Origin: Bacteroidota bacterium
GTDB lineage: Bacteria; Bacteroidota; Ignavibacteria; Ignavibacteriales; Melioribacteraceae
DNA: 64,000 nucleotides
Direction of reading: 5' to 3'
NCBI GenBank assembly: GCA_040756515.1
Contig: JBFLYW010000001.1
Location: 169,840-233,839 of the forward strand
A program made the position numbers and the translations under genes. Within the stretch, counting starts at the first letter, position 1. Every line of letters starts with the position of its first letter. The notes under the pieces are model-generated. The model did no database searches, had not been told where the DNA came from, and worked only from the letters and a program-made list of their open reading frames with translations. Below, piece by piece: positions 59,731 through 64,000 of the stretch.

Positions 59731-60160
59731 GGATTCCAACTTGTTAGGAGACTGAGTAATGTTATTTCGAGGATCCCGACTTGTCGGGAGACCAAGAAAT
59801 GTTATTTCGAGGGTACGAAGTGAAAGAGAAATGTTATTTCGAAGGAGCGAAGCGAATCAACAACCTTGAAGGTCGTGCGGGGCTTTTATGAAAATTTTTA
59901 GACCTTCAAGGTTGAGAAGTAAGGTGTGTAAAAGATTCGTACAACCTTGAAGGTTTGAGAACAATCAAAACTACTTGCTCAACCTTCAAGGTTAGTTAAG
60001 TTACCTTCAAGGTTGTGGGGATGCTTCTTAACCTTGAAGGTCATCAAGGTATCAAATAACAACGCTTGACCTTCAAGGCTTAGGTTCGACTCTCACGATC
60101 CATCAACGACAGACCAAAATGACAATGGGATTTGTCATTCAGTGGAGCGAAGCGACTGAG
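59731..60160. repeat. Second cluster of nested palindromic units, inverted homologue of 42429..42815
   Basis: Contains three (A)TGTTATTTCGA units, GGATCCCGACTTGTCGGGAG, seven copies of the 11-mer ACCTT(G/C)AAGG(T/C), and a terminal ...AAAATGACA / TGTCATTCAG pair. Its reverse complement aligns block-by-block with the 42.4-kb cluster. Confidence 0.85.
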
Positions 60161-60239
60161 AAAAGACAAGTGATTTTTTTCAGGGGTTACTACATATTTT
60201 TGAAACTATCACAGCTTCCGGTCATTAAATCTATTTTTT

Positions 60240-61220
60240 TCAAAAAAGATTTTGATTTGTAAACAGTGCTGGGGTCCCGCCGGAATGCCAGAATAGAATT
60301 TTATCTGTTCGAGAAAAAAATTTCTTTTCAATCATATCAATCATTCCTCCCAATACTCTGCCTGTATAAACAGGATCTACAAGAATTCCTTCCAAGCGGG
60401 CAAGTAATTTAATTGCATTCCTTTCAAGTTCACCTACAATTCCATATCCTTCACCAAGATATTCGTTCAGCAAAATAATTTCTTTTTTTGCAAAGAGTCT
60501 TTTAAAATTTATGAATTCACTTGTCTGGTTAATTAAATTCAATAAACGATCGATATAGGGTTCTTCATTCTCTTCTTTATCTATTTCTATCCCTACAAGG
60601 TTAGAGCCAAGGTTATAAATTTCATTGCCAAGAATAATGCCGGCATGAGTTCCGCCGGAGCTTGAAGCAAAGATAATATGATCGAGATGAATACCTAAGT
60701 CATTAAGCTGCTGCTTCAATTCATTCATTGCTTCAATAAATCCATTTACTCCAATTGGGTTGGAACCGCCATAAGGAATTATATATGGTTTCTTTCCAGT
60801 TAATCGTAATTTTTCAACAATCTCCGGAATTTTTTCACCCTTTCTAAATTCACCTGTCCAATGAATTTTAGCGCCCAGTAATTTAGCAATCAAATAATTT
60901 CCTTGAGGCGAAATCGGTTCCTCGCCTCCTAATGCCAGATGACATTCTATACCGCAGACTGCTGCTGCGGCTGCTGTCTGTCTGCAATGGTTTGACTGTT
61001 CTGCTCCTCCTGTAATTACAGTATCAAATCCATTAGCAATTGAATCAGCAAATAGAAATTCTAACTTGCGTGTTTTGTTTCCGCCAAATGCTAGACCTGT
61101 TAAATCATCCCGTTTGATGTATATCTGAGGTCCATTTAAGTAATTGGATAATCTTTTTAATTCTGTTAGAGGCGTTGGAAAAAAACCCAACTTAGTTCGA
61201 GGTAGTTTTCTTATTTCCAT
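60240..61220 (-). CDS. dcyD: PLP-dependent D-cysteine desulfhydrase / ACC deaminase family protein
   Basis: 326 aa. The GGNKTRKLEFL (PLP-lysine) motif and the overall Trp-synthase-beta-like fold II pattern. Confidence 0.78.
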   Translation of the reverse strand: MEIRKLPRTKLGFFPTPLTELKRLSNYLNGPQIYIKRDDLTGLAFGGNKTRKLEFLFADSIANGFDTVITGGAEQSNHCRQTAAAAAVCGIECHLALGGEEPISPQGNYLIAKLLGAKIHWTGEFRKGEKIPEIVEKLRLTGKKPYIIPYGGSNPIGVNGFIEAMNELKQQLNDLGIHLDHIIFASSSGGTHAGIILGNEIYNLGSNLVGIEIDKEENEEPYIDRLLNLINQTSEFINFKRLFAKKEIILLNEYLGEGYGIVGELERNAIKLLARLEGILVDPVYTGRVLGGMIDMIEKKFFSRTDKILFWHSGGTPALFTNQNLF

Positions 61221-61560
61221 AAATGGCTTTTCTGATTATTAAGTGATAAAAAATTATAACTATTGAAAGAATAAATAAAACCAGATTCGCATGGTTTACT
61301 AATGTTCCAAATATCATAAGAGCAGCTCTTAAAGAACCCAACAAATAAAAATAGCATAAAACAATTTCTAATCGATGTACTTTTCTTATAGGATTTTTTT
61401 CCCAATTAAGAAAATAGAAAAACAATACCTAGACTATAAAAAATAGAATAGCTTCGAATTGTCGTACACTACTTATATTATCAGGAAGTAGAATTCTGCC
61501 TGAGAAATAGACAATAATTGAACCGGCGATAATAGTAATTGATCTAAAATAATTTTTCAT
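61192..61560 (-). pseudogene. Small multi-TM ORF interrupted by one in-frame TAG (possible pseudogene or two mini-ORFs)
   Basis: The ATG at 61560 opens 43 hydrophobic codons (MKNYFRSITIIAGSIIVYFSG...) that end at TAG 61431..61429. The same frame then continues into track ORF 61192..61425. There is no family recognition. Confidence 0.3.
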
Positions 61561-62295
61561 TCATAAAATAGAATTAAATAACAAAATGAATCCAATTAAA
61601 AGAATAAATATGTAGACGATTTTTTTGAGATGATATTCGTTTAGTTTATGATGGGTTTTATTACCAAGATAAAAACCCAGTACTATTACAGGTAAAGCAT
61701 ATAAATAAGAAGTTACTACCATACCCGTCCATAACCCTGAGATGCCGTGACTGATTGTAATTATTAAACCTGTGGGAAAGAATATACCTTGTAATGTTGC
61801 TCTAAAATTTTGAGCCGACCATCTTCTTAACACTCCATAGATTACTGTAGGCGGACCATTAGTATTATAAGCTCCACCTAAAATCCCGGCAATAAATCCA
61901 AATAGAAATGACAGTTTTTCATTTTTTAGATGCGGCAAGCTTTTTACAAAAAGGTAATAAATACCGAATAAAACAAGTAAGATTCCCAATGCAGCTTTTA
62001 TCAATTCATCAGATGTGTTTTTAAGATAATATAAGCCAACGGGTAAGCCAACAGCGGTAGATAAAATGAACGGCAAAGTATCTTTTATACTGATTTTTTT
62101 CCATGAAGTAAATAGTAGAATCATTGCTAAAGTGGAGGCAGTAAGAGCCATTAAAGGCGTTGCGGTTTTAATATCAATAAAAAACGCTAGAAGCGGCATA
62201 CCAATTACCGCTTCACCAAATCCAATTGCAGAACGGATAAATGAACCTGCAAAAATGATAAGCAAGATTATTAAAATTGTAGTTGAGGTAATCAT
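61561..62295 (-). CDS. TauE/SafE (TSUP) family anion exporter
   Basis: 244 aa with about 8 TM segments and a two-fold internal repeat with G-rich helices (GFGEAVIGMPLL, GILGGAYNTNGPP), typical of TSUP transporters. Confidence 0.78.
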   Translation of the reverse strand: MITSTTILIILLIIFAGSFIRSAIGFGEAVIGMPLLAFFIDIKTATPLMALTASTLAMILLFTSWKKISIKDTLPFILSTAVGLPVGLYYLKNTSDELIKAALGILLVLFGIYYLFVKSLPHLKNEKLSFLFGFIAGILGGAYNTNGPPTVIYGVLRRWSAQNFRATLQGIFFPTGLIITISHGISGLWTGMVVTSYLYALPVIVLGFYLGNKTHHKLNEYHLKKIVYIFILLIGFILLFNSIL

Positions 62296-62353
62296 TGGGC
62301 AGAAGTTTATCTAATTTTTCATAGAAGGTTTCAGGAATAAAATTATTTAGTGC

Positions 62354-62370
62354 CTTGGGACAGCCCCAAG
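62354..62370 (-). terminator. Possible hairpin terminator downstream of fumC
   Basis: The minus-strand RNA has CUUGGG-GCUGU-CCCAAG 8 nt after the fumC stop. A U-rich tract only follows about 10 nt later, so the call is weak. Confidence 0.3.
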
Positions 62371-62377
62371 AACAAAA

Positions 62378-63769
62378 TTATTTTTTAGGTCCGATCATTT
62401 TTTCTGGTCGAACTACTTCATCAAACTTCTCCGGAGTTAAGAATCCTAATTCTACAGCAGCCTCTTTAAGCGTTTTATTTTCCTTATGAGCTTTCTTAGC
62501 AACTTTAGCGGCATTATCATATCCTATAACCGGATTTAATGAAGTAACAAGCATTAAAGAATTTTCAAGATGCTTTTTAATATTCGGCTCAACCGCTTTA
62601 ATTCCAGCAACGCAATTATCAGCAAAACTTTCGCATGAATCGGCAAGCAATTTAATCGATTGCAAAATATTAAATGCAATTACCGGCATAAAGACATTCA
62701 GCTCAAAATTGCCGCTGGCGCCGGCAAAATTAATTGTTACATCATTTCCGAAGACTTGACTGCACACCATAGTCATAGCTTCAGATTGAGTAGGATTAAC
62801 CTTACCCGGCATAATCGAGCTTCCGGGTTCATTTTCTGGTAATGCTAATTCGCCAATTCCACAACGCGGTCCAGAACCAAGCCAGCGAATATCATTCGAT
62901 ATTTTCATTAATGAAGCGGCAATTGTTTTTAGAACTCCGCTCATTTCAACAAGAGCATCTTTTCCAGCCATTGCTTCAAATTTATTTGGAACAGTTTGAA
63001 ATGGTTGTCCGGTTAATTCAGAAATTTTTGATGCTACCTTTACGGCATAGTCAACATGGGCATTTAAACCAGTGCCGACTGCAGTACCACCAAGAGGAAT
63101 TTCATAAAGACGTTTAAGCGAATCGCTAATTCTTGCAAGTCCATTTGTTAACTGCTGTGCATACCCGGAAAATTCATTACCAAGTGTAAGAGGCGTTGCA
63201 TCCATTAAGTGAGTTCTACCAATCTTAATTATATCATTAAACTCAGACGCTTTAGAATCGAGACTATCTCTAAGCTTTGTAATCATTGGAATTAGTCTAC
63301 GGTGTATTTCTTCTACTGCTGCAATATGAATGGCAGTTGGGAAAGCATCGTTAGTAGATTGCGATTTGTTAACATCGTCATTAGGATGAATTGGATTCTT
63401 ACTTCCTATAACTCCCCCAGCCATTTCGATAGCACGGTTGGAAATTACTTCGTTAGCATTCATATTGGTTTGAGTTCCGCTGCCTGTCTGCCATACTACA
63501 AGCGGAAAATGATCGTCTAATTTACCGACAATAACTTCATCGGCAGCTTTTACTATCAATTCTTTTTTGTCATCGGATAAAGAACCTAATTCATTATTAA
63601 CAAGAGCGGCAGCTTTTTTTACAATTCCTAATGCTCGTATAAATTCAGCTGGAAATCTTTCCCCGCCAATTTTAAAATTCATTAGTGAACGTGCTGTCTG
63701 CGCACCATAATACTTATCAGTGGGTACTTTTATTTCTCCCATACTATCTGTTTCGATTCTGTATTCCAT
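62378..63769 (-). CDS. fumC: Class II fumarate hydratase
   Basis: 463 aa. The [16 protein letters not shown] signature and [10 protein letters not shown] motif. Confidence 0.95.
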   Translation of the reverse strand: MEYRIETDSMGEIKVPTDKYYGAQTARSLMNFKIGGERFPAEFIRALGIVKKAAALVNNELGSLSDDKKELIVKAADEVIVGKLDDHFPLVVWQTGSGTQTNMNANEVISNRAIEMAGGVIGSKNPIHPNDDVNKSQSTNDAFPTAIHIAAVEEIHRRLIPMITKLRDSLDSKASEFNDIIKIGRTHLMDATPLTLGNEFSGYAQQLTNGLARISDSLKRLYEIPLGGTAVGTGLNAHVDYAVKVASKISELTGQPFQTVPNKFEAMAGKDALVEMSGVLKTIAASLMKISNDIRWLGSGPRCGIGELALPENEPGSSIMPGKVNPTQSEAMTMVCSQVFGNDVTINFAGASGNFELNVFMPVIAFNILQSIKLLADSCESFADNCVAGIKAVEPNIKKHLENSLMLVTSLNPVIGYDNAAKVAKKAHKENKTLKEAAVELGFLTPEKFDEVVRPEKMIGPKK

Positions 63770-64000
63770 CGAAATCTCCGAATTAATTATGTTGTTGCTG
63801 AAAAATTAAGGCAATGCTCTCTTAATTTCAATGAAAATGAAAAACGTTATTCAGAATTTTGGTTTTTGTCAACTAATTGATGAGTTGTAATCGGTGATCT
63901 GTAAATGAAGGGCAGAAGACGGAAAACAGAAAGCAGATAATGGAATGGTTGAATAATGGGCAAAGGCGCGGAGTTCCCGTCAAAAGGATGGCGAGCACGA

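Noticed and set aside
61211-61405. 64-aa alternative-frame ORF overlapping 61192..61425
   Set aside because: It overlaps the more hydrophobic frame, which is itself only weakly supported, and has no motif support.
63880-64000. Relatively GC-rich non-coding stretch at the window edge (…GGGCAAAGGCGCGGAGTTCCCGTCAAAAGGATGGCGAGCACGA), considered as the start of a riboswitch, RNase P, tmRNA or other structured RNA
   Set aside because: I found no match by eye to the conserved cores of tmRNA, RNase P, or the cobalamin, TPP or SAM riboswitches. The feature is truncated by the window, so it cannot be evaluated.

Overview
AT-rich bacterial chromosomal segment, almost entirely housekeeping genes. The gene content suggests an FCB-group, Ignavibacteria-like organism; this is an inference from a T9SS-type C-terminal sorting domain, PorV/PorQ-like barrels and hpnCDE. 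Recognisable content in order: typA (partial), ychF, clpS, etfBA, a DUF151/UVR nuclease, DUF2851, pyrF, the rod-shape cluster rodA-mrdA-mreDCB, purHN, a TPR protein, pyrG, gltA, hpnEDC (squalene synthesis), tRNA-Leu(CAG), PBP1A, lpxH, an M1 peptidase, glgC, uvrC, SRP RNA. Then a cell-envelope cluster (GT9, GT4, FemAB-like, two PorV/PorQ-like barrels, a BNR beta-propeller with T9SS sorting domain, a lipoprotein, an M50 protease, an OMP), followed by rsmA, mgtE, a PAP2 protein, ubiE, rdgB, an amidohydrolase, a CMD-family protein, uvrA, yigZ, fur-feoAB, an MBL hydrolase, an M28/PDZ peptidase, dcyD, a TauE exporter and fumC. I found no CRISPR array, prophage, transposase, retron-type RT or recognisable defence or toxin-antitoxin genes. 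The structure not explained by genes is all non-coding repeats. (1) Three same-orientation copies of a ~565-581 bp ORF-less element with 17-bp terminal inverted repeats and 4-5 bp AT-rich flanking duplications. Its internal ~150-nt nested-hairpin core is visibly better conserved than the rest of the element, so it is a MITE-like element and a possible structured RNA. (2) Two ~400-bp clusters of nested palindromic units (TGTCATTCTGA / ACCTTSAAGGT / CCCGACAAGTCGGG). They are inverted homologues of each other and bracket a ~17-kb housekeeping segment. (3) A tandem array of a 24-bp hairpin unit between gltA and pyrG. These are the best candidates for something undescribed. I cannot support any new protein-based system from this sequence.
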